From Octopus vulgaris (Eukaryota), in NCBI GenBank assembly GCA_951406725.2, contig OX597827.1:5518001-5582000 (forward strand): DNA of 64,000 nt, in the 5' to 3' direction. Position 1 is the stretch's first letter, and each line of letters begins with the position of its first letter. Below are positions 11,301 to 25,459 of this stretch, piece after piece. A model generated the notes under the pieces. It was not told the origin of the DNA, searched no databases, and saw only the letters and a list, made by a program, of their open reading frames with translations. The translations under genes were made by a program, and so were the position numbers.

Positions 11301-14300
11301 AGTGGTAAATGTATATAGGGAGAAGCAATGTGTATGTGAGGTAGAATGTGTGTGTGTAAATGAGAAAGACAGAGGTAGACTGAAAGTGAGATATAGCGTA
11401 TGTGTGTGTGTGTGTGTGTTTGTGTCTGTGCTTGTGTGTTTGTGTGTTTGCATGCATTTATGGGTGATGTACATGTATGCATACGTGAGAGAGAGAGCAT
11501 CTGCAGGGGTGAGAGAGAGAGAGAGAGAAATAGATAGATAGAGAAAGAGACATTATACTATTGAAATCTTTCCACCAGCCTCTTCCAATTTGTCAGTGTT
11601 TGGATAGGCCTAAAGAAACCATTTTTTCAATATTCCTGTTACTTCTAATTTCTTTATTCAAAATACTGCCTTAATGTGTATTCTCTCTGATTTATCTCCC
11701 TCCACAGCTCCTTTCTCTATCAACCAACTGCTCTCACAATGTCCACGTTGTATTTATTATATTGACTAATCACACATCCACAACATTTCTCTTGCTGCAG
11801 ACAACACATAAATCCTCTTATTTCTAGCCACCATCTTATCTTACTTTGGTTTAAGCTATTCCTTAAATTCACATTACTCATCCAACCAATCGTATCACTT
11901 CTAATAGAATGATGACTGGGGAGACGGGTTGAGATGGCGGTTCTCAGAGACGCCTGCTGTATGAAAAACAATCAGTAAAGTGGGTGACAATATATTTAAT
12001 GTGATAAACAAGAAAAAAATAGTATTAAGTCGTTCAAATTACATCTACTGTAAGTAGAGAAAAAAAAGACATTGTCTGAATGGCTAGTTCTCATAAAGAA
12101 TGCCAAAGAGAGACAACTCTGGAATTTAAATTGATTAAAAATTGTTATTGATTTAAAATTTCAAGTTGATTAAAAAGAAAATATAGTGATGGTAAGAGCC
12201 TGATTTTGGACAATACAGTGATAATGCAAGAAAAATTTTAATTAATTACATTTCATTATCAAAGTCAAATCTAATTGTTACAACCAGATAACCAGATCTT
12301 AAGTGAATTTTAGTGTTTCTGGATTGGCTGCATAGCCAAGAAGCTCACTTTATAACCACATGAATTTGGGTTCAATTGCACGGCACAGCACCTGGAACAA
12401 GTAAGTGTTTTGTACCATAACCCCAGGTTGACCAATGCTATGCAAGGGAATTTGGTAGACAGAAACTGCGTTGAAGTTGGTCAAGTGTGAGCAAATGTGT
12501 GTATTTTTGTATCTGTGTTTATCCTTAGCACACTTCTCGAGAACTTTTGTTGGTTGGTTTACATCCTCATAAATTAGATGTTCAGCAACAGAATATCCAG
12601 ACTTAAAAATGTGTACTGGGTATGATGGTATGAATTAAAATCCTTCAAGACAGTGCTAATGATGGCCACAGTCCAATGACTGCAACAATATTAAACTTGC
12701 AACCAGATATATCAAACTTATGAAGGGGCGTGTGTTTGGATCCATGATATGCTAGAAATAACCACCAATTCTTCATCAAATGCCCCCAGATTCTCATCAC
12801 ATATGAAAAATACAGACAGGATGGTCCTTACTGAAATACTTTCATTTATAGATCTGCCATAGGTCTGCCTGATCAGGGCTGACCTAGGGCTAGACATCAG
12901 CAACAACAACAACAAAAATAGCAATGCCACACTTAAATTCACATTACAAATCCAACTGATTATATCAGCCTATTGATTTAGTATTTTTTTTTGTAACAAA
13001 GTATTACATTTTCTGGGGGTTTTTTTTATGGTGTTCACATCACCACAAAGTCTTCTTTTTGTCATGGATGAAAATCATTTGTTAATGTTGAAAACTGAAG
13101 AAACAAAAGAAAAACAAGGGAATTTTTATTTTATTCCAAAATGTCTTCCAATTATTATGAACATAAGATACTATTGTATCATTATTCCAGCTAACAGTGC
13201 TGAATAAATCACCAGAGTTGACAAATATTGCTAGTTCTTCAACTAAGCATTGTAGTGACTTCAATACATACCTTATGATGGTGGTGGTGGTGATGGTAGG
13301 GGTGGTGGTAGTGGTAGTGGTGGTGGTGGTGGTAGGTAGTGGTGATGGTAAATAGTAGTGGTGGTGGTGGTGATGGGTGGAGGTAGGTAGTGGGTGGTGG
13401 TGGTGGTAGTGGTGGTGGTGGTGGTAGTGGTGATGGTAGATAGTAGTGGTGGTGATGGTGGTGGTGGTAGTGATGGGTGGGGGTAGGTAGTGGGGGGTGG
13501 AGGTAGGCAGTGGTGGTGGTGGTAGTGATGGGTGGAGGCAGGTGGTGGTGGTGGTGGTGGTGGTAGTGGGTGGAGGTAGGCAGTAGCGGTGGTGGTGGGT
13601 GGTGGTAATAGTGGTGATGTTGGTGTTGGTAGTCAAATTTTCTCATCAAACCAAGAAAACTATGTTTCCATTGTTTTTTTTTCACAAAATTACTCATAAT
13701 ATCTATCCTGCCATTTTTCAGTGATGGCAGGTGGGATTTGAACTTAGTATACATGTAAGTAAGAAAGTGATATTCCAAGCTGATAACTGGATGGAGAGGC
13801 TGTCCTCCCAACCTATATGCTGCTGTGGATGCTGCTGGAGGACGAACTCTGCCGATGTTATTCCATGCTTTCTTTGTGGAAGCACTCCGTCGGTTACGAC
13901 GATGAGGGTTCCGGTTGATCCGAATCAACAGAACAGCCTGCTCGTGAAATTAACGTGTAAGTGGCTGAGCACTCCACAGACACGTGTACCCTTACCGTAG
14001 TTCTCGGGGATATTCAGCGTGATACAGAGAGTGACAAGGCTGGCCCCTTGAAATACAGGTACAACAGAAACAGGAAGTAAGAGTGAGAGAAAGTCGTGGT
14101 GAAAGAGTACAGCAGGGATCACCACCATCCCCTACCGGAGCCTCGTGGAGCTTTTAGGTGTTTTCGCTCAATAAACACTCACAACGCCCGGTCTGGGACC
14201 ATGCTTTCCAATCCATGGCCACTTGAAGTGGAGGCATTATGACTTCAGCTTTTCCTCAGTTTGTTTCACTCATGTTTTCTTTTGGTAAATTGTGCTGGAT

Positions 14301-14502
14301 TCTTCAATGCATGGGTTGATGCTGCCACAGAAGTTGGTGTGGTGGTCATCTGGCGTTCATCCTGCAGATGTGGACAAACCACTGCAGCCTGTGCTGCCGG
14401 ACTTGGTCTTCAATGGTCAGCTGCTGCTGCTGGCACTGTTCTTGGGTGTTGTTGTTGTTGTTGTTGTTTGAGATGCAGTCACATAGAGACACACCAAAGA
14501 TT

Positions 14503-14705
14503 TAAGTTAAGTTAAGTTAATTTTTTGGCTCAAAAAGCAAAAAGCAAAGCCATGTAGGGGGACATGGAGTTATGTACAGGGTGGTGTTCATGCAAAGAGT
14601 TCAGGCCATTTCTGGTCAAGAGAGACTTTGAACCGAGCGGTCGTCGGCATCTTCGCTTTCTCGTCCGGCAGCTTATTCCATAGATCCACAACCCGGACGG
14701 AGAAT
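14503..14705 (-). mobile_element. CR1-type LINE 3' end
   Basis: FSVRVVDLWNKLPDE...FKVSLDQKWPELFA-stop, short 3' UTR, (TTAAC)n tail; second copy at 49241-49427. Confidence 0.8.
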
Positions 14706-16007
14706 TTGACGAAGGTACCACATTTGAAACACCACAATTTTATTCCCGTCCTGTTTGAGGACGGTCCAGGTCTCAGCTCTGTAGAATGCATGGACTTGAA
14801 ACAGATACCACAAGTCATCCTAGCTAATGGTCTAATAATTCTTCTAATCTACTGTCCTCAACTGGTATTTCTTTTTTTACATTGAAAGATGAAAAGCAAG
14901 GTTGACCTTGGCAATATTTGAACACAGAATGCTGTGAGTTAAAACTAGTACTGCAAAGCTGTCCATCCAACATCCTTCCAAATTGTTTAAGACTCTAAAT
15001 GAATTTAAAACTGTCCTTCATTGTTTGTTTGCATGGATGGCTGTGACTTGATACTGAGAGCGTATTTGTTATTGCTGTTGTTGTTGAGTGAACGGTCTTT
15101 GTCCCAGAGCTCGCAAGATGGGAGAAGTCCGAGATGCGGTCCTTTGCTATTCGTAAGACCCACAGAAGAGAAAGCAGGTCAACCCCCGGCACCGAGAGCA
15201 TCGATGGATGGATGAATGTGCATCAAGGCTCAGGAGTTGCATAGGAAGTTGGGACAGGAAACAGGAAGAAAGAGTGAGAGAAAGTTGGGGCGAAAGAGTA
15301 CAACAGGGGTCACCCCTACCCCCTGCCGGAGCCTCGTGGAAATTTAGGTGTAGGCTCAATAAACACACACAATGCTCAGTCTGGGAATCGAAACTGCGAT
15401 CCTCCGACTGTGAGTCTGCTGCCCTAACCGTTGGGCCATTGCGCCTCCACTGTTGCTGCTGCTGTTATTTAGCTCCAGGTCAGCACCGGTCAAGCAGGCC
15501 TATGATCAATAGCATTTCATCTGTGAGTGTCAAGCAATTCTTTCTGTACTTGGAGAAACCAAAACCTATTATCCAATCAGATACGATGAGGAATATTTGG
15601 CAACTATTTCTAGCAGGTCAAGCAACTATATGCATGGCATACTATGGCATTATTTGACACTAAAGTTGTTGTGCAGCCCACATCAGCTTTGATAAAGCAA
15701 ACCTATGATTAATGACTTGTCTCCAACCACAATTATCCTCCCTTATTTTCACTCATACTGCATGTAGAGCCATATTACCTCTCTCTCTCTCTTTTACTCT
15801 TTTACTTGTTTCAGTCATTTGATTGTGGCCATGCTGGAGCACCGCCTTTAATCGAGCAACTCAACCCCGGGACTAATTCTTTTGTAAGCCCAGTACTTAT
15901 TCTATCGGTCTCTTTTGCCGAACCGCTAAGTAACGGGGACATAAACACACCAGCATTGGTTGTCAAGCAATGCTAGGGGGACAAACGCACTCACACAAAC
16001 ACACACA

Positions 16008-16055
<48 letters not shown>

Positions 16056-16730
16056 TACAACGGGCTTCTTTCAGTTTCCGTCTACGAAATCCACTCACAA
16101 GGCTTTGGTCGGCCCGAGGCTATAGTAGAAGACACTTGCCCAAGGTGCCACGCAGTGGGACTGAACCCAGAACCATGTGGTTGGTAAACAAGCTACTTAC
16201 CACACAGCCACTCCTGCGCCAATACTCTTCTTTTATAAATTAGTAGATTCTAATTTGAGTAAGAATTCCCAGCTATTTCTAGTAAGGAAATGTTTTACAA
16301 AGAGGAAACTACTAAATGTCATGAGAGAGAATTAACTAAAAATGGGTGCCAGGGTAGATAACTCTAGTGTACTCAAGCTTGCAGAGATGCTTCTATGGAA
16401 TTTTATGACATCGTAATCATTATCATTTTAATGTACACCTTTCAGACAGAGTTTATTAAGACAGATTTTTATGGCTGGATGCTCTTTCTACCATCAACCT
16501 TTAACCGTTTCCAAGCAAGTTTATATTTCTCCAAGTCCAGATATGTTTCCGTAAAATACTGGAACGGAATGGTTTTCAGTTACAACAATTGTGCAATGTC
16601 AGGACAAAGAAACACAAATGCATATACATGCAGAGTCACATCCACACACGTGTATACATGCATACACACACACACACACACATACTCACACACACACGAC
16701 AAGCTTCTTTCAGTTTCTGTTTAATAAATT

Positions 16731-17083
16731 CGTGGCCATTGCCAGCGCCGCCCTGACTGGCCTCCATGCTGGTGGCACGTAAAAAGCACCATCCGTTCGT
16801 GGCCATTGCCAGTCTCGCCTGGCCCCCATGCCAGTGGCACATAAAAAGCACCATCCGTCCGTGGCTGTTTGCCAGCTCCGTCTGGCACCTGGGTGGGTGG
16901 CACGTAAAAAGCACCCACTACACTCACGGAGTGGTTGGCGTTAGGAAGGGCATCCAGCTGTAGAAACACTGCCACATCAGACTGGGCCTGATGCAGCCTT
17001 CTAGCTTCTCAGATCCTGGTTGAACCGTTCAACCCATGCTAGCATGGAAAGCGGATGCTAAATGATGATGATGATGATGATGA
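16731..17083 (+). mobile_element. SINE family C / RTE-type tail with internal ~60-bp tandem units and (GAT)n end
   Basis: Three GGCCATTGCCAG...GGCACGTAAAAAGCACCATCCG units, then TAGGAAGGGCATCCAGC...CCCATGCTAGCATGG...(GAT)n. Copies: 490-640(+), 1797-2075(-), 37100-37380(+), 41381-41500(+), 46875-47010(+), 48040-48200(-). Confidence 0.8.
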
Positions 17084-17964
17084 AATCCATTCACAAAGCT
17101 TATGGTCGGTTGGGAGCTGTAATAGAAGACACTTGCCCCAAGGTGCCAAACAGTGGGACTGAACTTGAAACCATGCAGTTGGGAAACAAACTTCCAAACC
17201 ACACAGCCACTATTAGTTTATCATATAAATGATAAATCAATAATGAACATGATATGTCAGAACAGAAGATAAAATGGTCACAACTGTTAAGAATAACTTC
17301 ACACAGAAACATTTCTCTCATCACATGTGAATACCTTCAGAGAATGACAGAAGTTATGCCTCTGCATGAAACAGGCTTTAAACCCCTATAACAGTAAGTG
17401 TTTTACAAAGTCTACTTAATATTTATACAAGTAATAATGGGCAACATGATTTACAAACAGACTGAAAAAAAAACATACAAGTTTACAATGGCATTGACAT
17501 CAAAAACAGCAATGATATAAGCAGGAAGCAGTGTTGTTTCTCTCTTTTCAATATTACAGGTCTGCATAGAATACATTTATAAATAAATGCTTCACACTCA
17601 CACACAAAAGAAAAATCTAAAAATTGTGCAATACAGTCTAGTATAACATAACATTTAAAACATCTTTTTTGAACTAAAAAAAACTATATCATTATTATCA
17701 AACGCAATATTCAGACATTCATACAGTAATAATTCAAGAAATATTTTTACTTCCTGAATACACAATTCCCAGCTTTCCAAATTATATTCAAATCAAACTA
17801 GACAGACCCTTTCATCGTAATAGTTTAATTACATATATAAATACATGTGTTCAATATTTAGATGTTTTAAGTGACATTCGTGAACTAATAGGAAATGACA
17901 CTTTACTAGTAATGCAGGTTTTCAAAGTAAAATGTCAATAATATGAAGCACTACTGTAATAGAG

Positions 17965-18560
17965 ACATACAAACGCATACATAAGTACATACATACACAC
18001 ACACATACATGCATACATACATACATACATACATACATACATACATACATACATACATACATACATACATACATACATACACACATACATACACACATAC
18101 ATACATACATACATACATACACACATACATGCATACATACATACACACATACATACATACATACATACATACATACATACACACATACATACATACATAC
18201 ATACATACATACATACATACATACATACATACATACACACATGCATGCATGCATGCATGCATGCATACATACATACATACATACATACATACATACATGC
18301 ATGCGTGCATGCAAATATCAATCTATCAATCAATCAATCAATCAATCAATCTATCTGTCTATCTATCTTTCTATCTATCAGTTTGCATGTATGTGTACAG
18401 TTAACAATTTCACCAAATGCATCGATCAATCAATCAATCATTCAATCAATCAATCAATTCATCAATCAATCAATCATTCAATCAATCAATCAGTCTATCC
18501 ATCTATCAATCTATCTGTTTGTCTGTCCATCCATCCGTCTGTCTGTCTGTCTATCTGTTT
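17965..18560. repeat. Compound tetranucleotide microsatellite (TACA)n-(TGCA)n-(TCAA)n-(TCTR)n
   Basis: Direct reading. Comparable simple-repeat blocks at 13275-13635 (GGT), 34580-34890 (TA), 40955-41800, 52280-52875, 58645-58790, 61030-61140 (AAT) and 62420-62585. Confidence 0.95.
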
Positions 18561-18649
18561 GCCTATCAGTCCATCTCTGCGTGTTAGAGTGTGTGTACAA
18601 TTACTAACCTCACAAACTATTCCAAAAGGATGCACACTCCATCTATGAT

Positions 18650-19143
18650 ATAACAATTTAACACTCTCACAATACCATCATTCGAGAAGGTTTCAATGCC
18701 ATCAACGTCTCCTGGTTCCCAAATGGTAGACTACAGAATAACAACATAACAGCATTACAACTAAACACTCTTTACTTTCTAAACAATTCACACTGATACA
18801 TACACACGTACCTCATCATGCAAACTTCAACAACTTTTTCTCAAACATTGTATTCTATTCCACTCCTAGCTTCCGCAGCCACGTAGCAAACAATTCCTCA
18901 ACTTTTCCTTGATGAATTATTATCACAATACGCTCACATATCAATGAAGAAAATCAATGAAGAAAGCCAAAGCACTTTACAAACTTCAAAAAAGCACAAT
19001 GGAGTGAGTTTCATGAAGAAACAGAATCAAGGTTTCAGAGTTCAACAATACTTGTGAATCACTAATATAGATACTCCAGTACATACATTCAACAAAATAA
19101 TTATAAACACTTCTAAAAGAGATATCCCATAAGGCAACATGAA

Positions 19144-19218
<75 letters not shown>

Positions 19219-19600
19219 CATACATACATACATATATATACACACACACACATATATATATATATATAGCTGCAATTACAAACCAGAAATAGCCAATCTC
19301 ATAAAAACCAGGAATGACATCAAACACAATATGCCAAAATCACATAGAACTGAAATAAAATTCAGCATCAAACACCCCAAGAAAGAAATAACAATAAAAA
19401 CATAAATAAGCCATAAAAAAGAAACAGAAAACTGGAAAACATATGTATTCTATAGAAACTGCAAATCTAACAGTAAAACACTATTTGGAGTAATTAGCAC
19501 CATCGATGATAACAAAGGTTACACCATACCCTGTGTCCACTATAACAACCTCAAATATCACACCCAGACAACAAAATCAGGCAAATGTCTACATCAGGTA
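18650..19600 (+). mobile_element. Very degenerate I/Jockey-group LINE ORF2 fragment (end of endonuclease and linker)
   Basis: A/C-rich strand bias; remnants FTNFKKAQWSEFHEETE and [14 protein letters not shown] resemble post-endonuclease motifs; interrupted by (TA)n. Confidence 0.4.
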
Positions 19601-19742
19601 TTTTACAAAAATCAGCCACCGAAATCGACTCAAAGGAGACAGGAATATAAATTGCAAGATGTCCATTCCCCCCACCCCTTGACCACAATTGTGACCCTTT
19701 TCTGCCCCCTGCCACCAGACACTCCTAAAGCAATAAGGAAAT

Positions 19743-20485
19743 CAAAAAGCTTCAAGGCTAAACAAAAATCAGTCGAACACCTAAAACATATATTTGGGCC
19801 TGAAGTAATCATGGCATTCACAAACATTTACAAATATTCATGTCAATGCTAGTTAGATTCTTGGAATCTGGAAGCTGGGAAAATTTATTGAAATTAGAAT
19901 TTTTAGGAAGCCCAATCAAAACCCAAATGCTCAAATATCACAGAGATTTATCACTCTCATATGCACAGCTTGAAAATTCTTGAAAGGCTAATTAAAAATT
20001 TTCAAAAAAGCCTCATGGCTAAACAAAATCACAGTCCTACATCTAAAACATAATGGGGCCTGAAGCACTCACCAACTTCTGCAAATATTCATGACAATGC
20101 CTGTCAAGTTCTTAGACTCTAAAAGGTAGGAAAATTTATTGAAATTAGAACTTTTAGGATATCCAACCAAAACCCAAATAAACTAATATTAGAGAAATTT
20201 ATCACTCTTGTGCAGTTTGAAAATTCTTCAAAGGCTAATCCAAAATTCTCAAAAAGCTTCATGGTCACACAAAATCACTGAATAACATCTAAAACATAAA
20301 CCTGAAGTAATCATGAGACTCACCAACAGCTACAAATATTCACGCCAAGTCTGTCAAATTCTTAGAATCTTGAAGGTGGGTAAATTCTTAAAATTAGAAA
20401 TTTCTGGAAGCACAGCAAAACCCAAATAAAGTTACAGGGATTTATTACACTCGTGCACAGCTCAAACATTTTTGAAAGGCTAATC
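19743..20485. repeat. Three diverged tandem copies of a ~250-bp unit
   Basis: Units start at 19743, 20003 and 20250; shared blocks CTAAAACATA, CCTGAAG, CAAATATTCA, AAATTAGAA, CAAAACCCAAAT, AAAGGCTAAT. Confidence 0.9.
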
Positions 20486-21399
20486 ATTGACAGCAGTAAT
20501 CCACACTTCACTGTCTCAAATTCATAATGTGTATCCATCTCACTTCACTGTTCACAAACCTAACTTAGAAGATACTTGATGGTTTCAACAACAACCAAAA
20601 AAAAAAAGACTCCTACACATAGTATTTTAGCTTCATTAATATACTTTCTACATTGTTCTCTTCCCATAATACAATTTTAACTCCATTAATATGTTTTCTA
20701 CATGATTTTTGCTACCCATTTATAGAAAAAAGATTCAAAACCACCCTAAGAAATACCAATTTTTTTACTACCCACAAGGGGCTAAATACAGAGAGGACAA
20801 ACAAGGACAAACAAAAGGATTATGTCGATTATATTGACCCCAGTGCGTAACTGGTACTTAATTTATCGACCCCAAAGGGATGAAAGGCTAAGTCGACCTC
20901 AGCGGAATTTGAGCTCCGAACGTACCGGCAGACAAAATACCGCTAAGCATTTCGCCCGGCGTGCTAACGTTTCTGCCAACTCGCCGCCTTAGAAATACCA
21001 CTGAATGAGAGGGCCTCTGTGGGCTTTGTGTGATAGCTGAAACTGCTAAAAACAGCATCTAGATACCTTCAAATTACACAGTATCACAAAAAAGAAACAT
21101 TAAACAATGTAGTCTAAAGTACACACACACAAAAGAAGACAAAAGTGAATAAAAGCAAAACAGGAAGGTCATGAATGGAATGGCTTTGTTAGCAAATGTT
21201 TTTACAGTCAGAGTTTAACACTTTGTTACCATATTTCTGTTGAAGTATACAATTTTTGTGTCATTTAATTTTGAAAGTAATAGAAAATTTATGAAAATAA
21301 TTTTGTCATTATTAAGCAGGTGTTTGGAAGACAAACTAGGATAAAATATTGAGGTAATAAAGAAAGAAAAGTTCAGGGAACTATTACTACTGCTAGCAA

Positions 21400-22094
21400 T
21401 AAAGGGACTCTTCATGTGAAGGGGTTGATTGAATGGTGTTTATCCACAAATAATGAGTTGCTTGAGAGTGAAACAGGGTATTGAATGCAGGGGATGTGCA
21501 GAGGCTGGAAAGAAATAAAACGAGCAATGCTTCACTGGATGGGTAGTTTTAGTGTACCTAAACAACAAAGAAGAAATGACACTGTTCTATATTTAAGAGA
21601 TGAGCAATTATGTACATTATTTACATTATTTACATTTGACGGATATTTGTCCTCATCTTGTTTGCTGTTAACACAACATTTCAGCTTATATACCCTCCAG
21701 CCTTCTTCGGGTGTGTTGGGGAAAGTTTGAACCTGGGTTCTCATTCCTAAGGATTTTTTTCGATGTTATTACTATTATTATTATTATTATTATTATTATA
21801 ATTATTATTGTTATTGTTATTGTTTAGTTCACTGCTTGGAATCGAACTCGGAATCTTTGGGTTAGTAGCCCACGCTCTTAACCACTATGCCATATGCCCA
21901 TGGGCATGACTTGAGAGGAAAACGGGTTACAAGAAAAGTCAGATGTTGTATGCAAGAGAGAAAACCACACTGATATTGATATGTGATGCATATGGAAGAT
22001 GAGAGTTTGGTAAAGAAGTGGTTAGAGATCCAAGTGGAAGACCAAAGAAGACATGGACAGAAGTGAGGGAAGTGGATCTCAAAGAAATGGAATT
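21400..22094 (+). mobile_element. Highly decayed RTE LINE C-terminal fragment, split by the family H SINE
   Basis: Remnants of MLHWM and GRPKKTW-type RTE C-terminal motifs on either side of the SINE. Confidence 0.55.
21581..21905 (-). mobile_element. tRNA-headed SINE carrying a hammerhead motif (family H), inserted in an RTE fragment
   Basis: Minus strand: A box TGGCATAGTGG, B box GAGTTCGATTCC, (AAT)n, then ACAC-CCGAAGA-AGGCTG...AAGCT-GAAA-TGTT/GTGT (21670-21715), then a (TGTAAATAA)n tail. Confidence 0.75.
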
Positions 22095-23690
22095 TATCAT
22101 TTTAAACTCAAGGGTGGCAAGGTAACATAATTGTTACAATGTCAAAATGTAATGTTTTGTGGTGTTTATTTCAGATCTTTACATTCTGAGTTAAATTCCT
22201 TGTGTAGTCAACTTTGCCTTTCATCTTTTCGGGGGTCAATAAAAAAAAAGTACCAGCCAAGTGTGTTGGGGTCAGTGGTATTGATCAACCCCCTCCCCTC
22301 AAAAGTTCTGGCCTTGATTTAAATCAGAAATCATTATTTCAAACGGAAACAAAAAAATATTTATTGTAAATAATAAAATAGTTTATAAATTATGTTACTT
22401 CATAAGTTTTTTGATAATACAATCTAAGACACAGCCTCTGATTTACTGTTTCAGCTACTTGAAGAGGTGATAGAAGTTATGTTGTCACTATGCTGGCTTC
22501 ACTTACATCCTCACTGAAATATTCAATGGCTAAAGGCTTGGAATGTATGAAGAAAACAGTTGTTAAGGACCAAAGAATGTACTTGGATTTCAAGCAGGCT
22601 GGAAGAGAATCAGCACTTCCCATATACTGATTGCATTAAAACAATTAATAATAGGAGAAAACATAGCTTAAAGACAGTGATTTGCTTATTATGTTTCTAT
22701 TTTCTATATATTTGCAACTTAATCAGCGCTAAGTGGTACTGGCCTTGGCATTATGACAAGAATTCTTTATGGTGGGAAGACAATTTTGAAATTTCTTCTG
22801 CTACTTGCAATAAAGTGTTTCTTCATCCATAGTTAAAGGATAGATGACATTTAAGAAGACTGGTTGTGAGCAGCAGTAAAATATAAATGGAGACATTCCA
22901 ATAAATGAAGAAGATTTGTTGGACAGATGACGATGACATAAAACACAAGCGAAAAACAATTTTGTATTAAGTAATGACTGCTAGCTAGGAATATGGTGAG
23001 AATTATTGATATACGGGGAGCAAAGATGAGAATGAATTTAGCAACTGATGACAGTTGATGTAGATTTGTACAGAAGGAGTAAGATAAATACAAGAGAACA
23101 AGTAATTGCAGTTAAGATAATATTGAGATCACATGAAAGCTAAGTGGAGAGAAATGATAAAGGGAAGCCTAGCTGCTGTTTATGGCTGCAGAGGCTTTGG
23201 CCTATAAAACACCTGCAACATATCCCTTCTCTTAATACCTGTGACACTCAAGAGTAACATATTGTTTTAAAATATTTATCTCCTTCGTTTGATATGAACA
23301 AGAACATATAAAAGAAAACAGCATCAACTTCTATCATCACAGATTTGAGTTCTGCATTCTATTGCCAGGATCATTTAGGGAGTCAAAAGTAGCATAAACT
23401 CAACAAATTCTAGGGTTCAATTTGCTGTGGACATTACTTCAGTTTTAAAAGAACCAGGAACAAAGAGGGTCCTAAACAGATATGGCAGATGTGGCAGAAT
23501 TTTATTGCCATGATTCCTTTCTTACAAGCAACCACTTTATAGCATCAATCATACAAAACAAGGAAAATAACAGCACAACACATACATGCAGTCATATGGC
23601 TGGCATTTGGAAGGGCATCCAGCTGTAAGAATATTACCAAAGCTGATCTTAGAACCTGACACTGTCCTGCATTTCACCAGTTCCTGTTAA

Positions 23691-23911
23691 CCCTTTTGAT
23701 ACCAACCCGGCCAAAACCGCCTCTGGCTCTGTAGTACAAATGTCTTGTTTTCATAAGTTTTGAATTAAAATCTTCCACCAAACCTTAGTCACAATTTATG
23801 TTCCCAATACTAGCTTAATGATAACTAAGTTATTTTACTAAATTCTTTGTTATATTTAAAACAATTGAATGAAACACAGAGCATCTCAAAATAAATACAG
23901 TTACGAAAGGG
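23691..23911. mobile_element. piggyBac-type MITE with TTAA target duplication, nested in a family C SINE
   Basis: TTAA-CCCTTTTGATAC...GTTACGAAAGGG-TTAA; second copy at 5025-5228. Confidence 0.85.
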
Positions 23912-24510
23912 TTAAACCATCCATCCCATGCAAGCATAGAAAACTGATGTTAAACAATGATGATGAACATTGTCTCAGGCCAACTAAAGCTTTGTGAATG
24001 GATTTGGTCGACAGAAGCTGAAAGAAGCCTGTTGTGCACATATGTGTGTATCTGTGTTTATCTCCCAGCACCACTTGACAACCGGTGTTGGTGTGGTTAC
24101 ATCCCCATAGCATAGAGGTTCAGCAAAAGAAACTAATAGAATAAGTACAAGGTTTAAATAAAAGTTCTGGGGTTGACTAAACATTCTTCAGGGTGGTGCC
24201 CCAGCATAGCTACAGTCGAATGACTGAAACAAGTAAAAGATTAAGGATAAAAGATTAACAACTATAAAATAAAATGTTATAAACAAAATTACCAAACATT
24301 TATCTTTTATCTTTTACTTGTTTCAGTCACTGGACTGCGGTCATGCTGGGGCATTGCTTTGAAGGGTTTTAGTCAAGAAAATCAACCTTATTTTAAAGTC
24401 TAGTATTTATTCTATCAGTCTCTTTTGCTGAACTGCTAAGTTACTGGGACACACACATATTAATACTTATTGTAAGTGGTGGTGGGGGACGAACACAGAC
24501 ACACACATAG

Positions 24511-24541
<31 letters not shown>

Positions 24542-25221
24542 CACACACACATACATGCGCACACACACACACACACACACGCACACACACTTGTATATGA
24601 TAGGCTTCTTTCAGTTTCCATCTACCAAATCCACTCACAAGGCTTTGGTTGGCCCAAGGCTATAGTAGAAAATACTTGCCTAAGGTGCCATGCTGTAGGA
24701 CTGAACTGGAACCATATGGTTGGGAAGCAATCTTCTTGTGGCTCCATTACTGAGCTATGCATGCCACATTAAGTTGTCTATGCAACATCAGGTCATATTT
24801 ACCCCATTTCCATTGTATACACAACGTAAGGATAACTGATTGGATATGCTTTTTCAATTCTGTGCACACATTAGCATAAAGATACACATGAAGACACTCA
24901 AATGCACTCACACATAGAAATGCACAAACACTAATAGTTATACAAAGATAGTGGTATTGGTAATAGGATTAGAACTGTGGCAGTCAGGTAGAACTTGGAG
25001 AAGTTTATATTAATGGCATGAAAATGGTGGAAAGACAATGAGTAAAAAAAAAAAGAAAAAAGAAAAAAAAAGAAAAGACGATTTCTTGAAAAATCAATGA
25101 AATGAGTGAATATAAATCTGATGAGTTAAAGAGACAATGAATTGAATTTTATTATTCTGTGAACTTATGGAATAAAATTCAAAAGGATGTTTAGAAATCA
25201 GAATATCTATCTGTCTGTCTG

Positions 25222-25255
<34 letters not shown>

Positions 25256-25404
25256 CAGGCGCAGGAGTGGCTGTGTGGTAAGTAGCTTGCTAACCAGCCA
25301 CATGGTTCCGGGTTCAGTCCCACTGCGTGGCATCTTGAGCAGGTGTCTTCTGCTATAGCCCTGGGCCGACCAATGCCTTGTGAGTGGATTTGGTAGACGG
25401 AAAC

Positions 25405-25459
<55 letters not shown>

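Noticed and set aside
9612-11500. Long ORFs of 243-427 aa rich in F/L/S
   Set aside because: They are translations of CT/GA simple repeats, open in several frames on both strands, with no domain content.
16731-16912. Regularly spaced ~60-bp repeats resembling a CRISPR array
   Set aside because: Units repeat over their whole length with no unique spacers, sit inside a eukaryotic SINE, and no cas genes are present.
19743-20485. 250-bp tandem repeat as a possible retrozyme array
   Set aside because: The size fits, but the conserved CTGAAG is not followed by a hammerhead core on either strand.
25118-25150. CTGATGA hits here and at 45108
   Set aside because: No convincing stem II plus GAAA and cleavage triplet; treated as chance matches.
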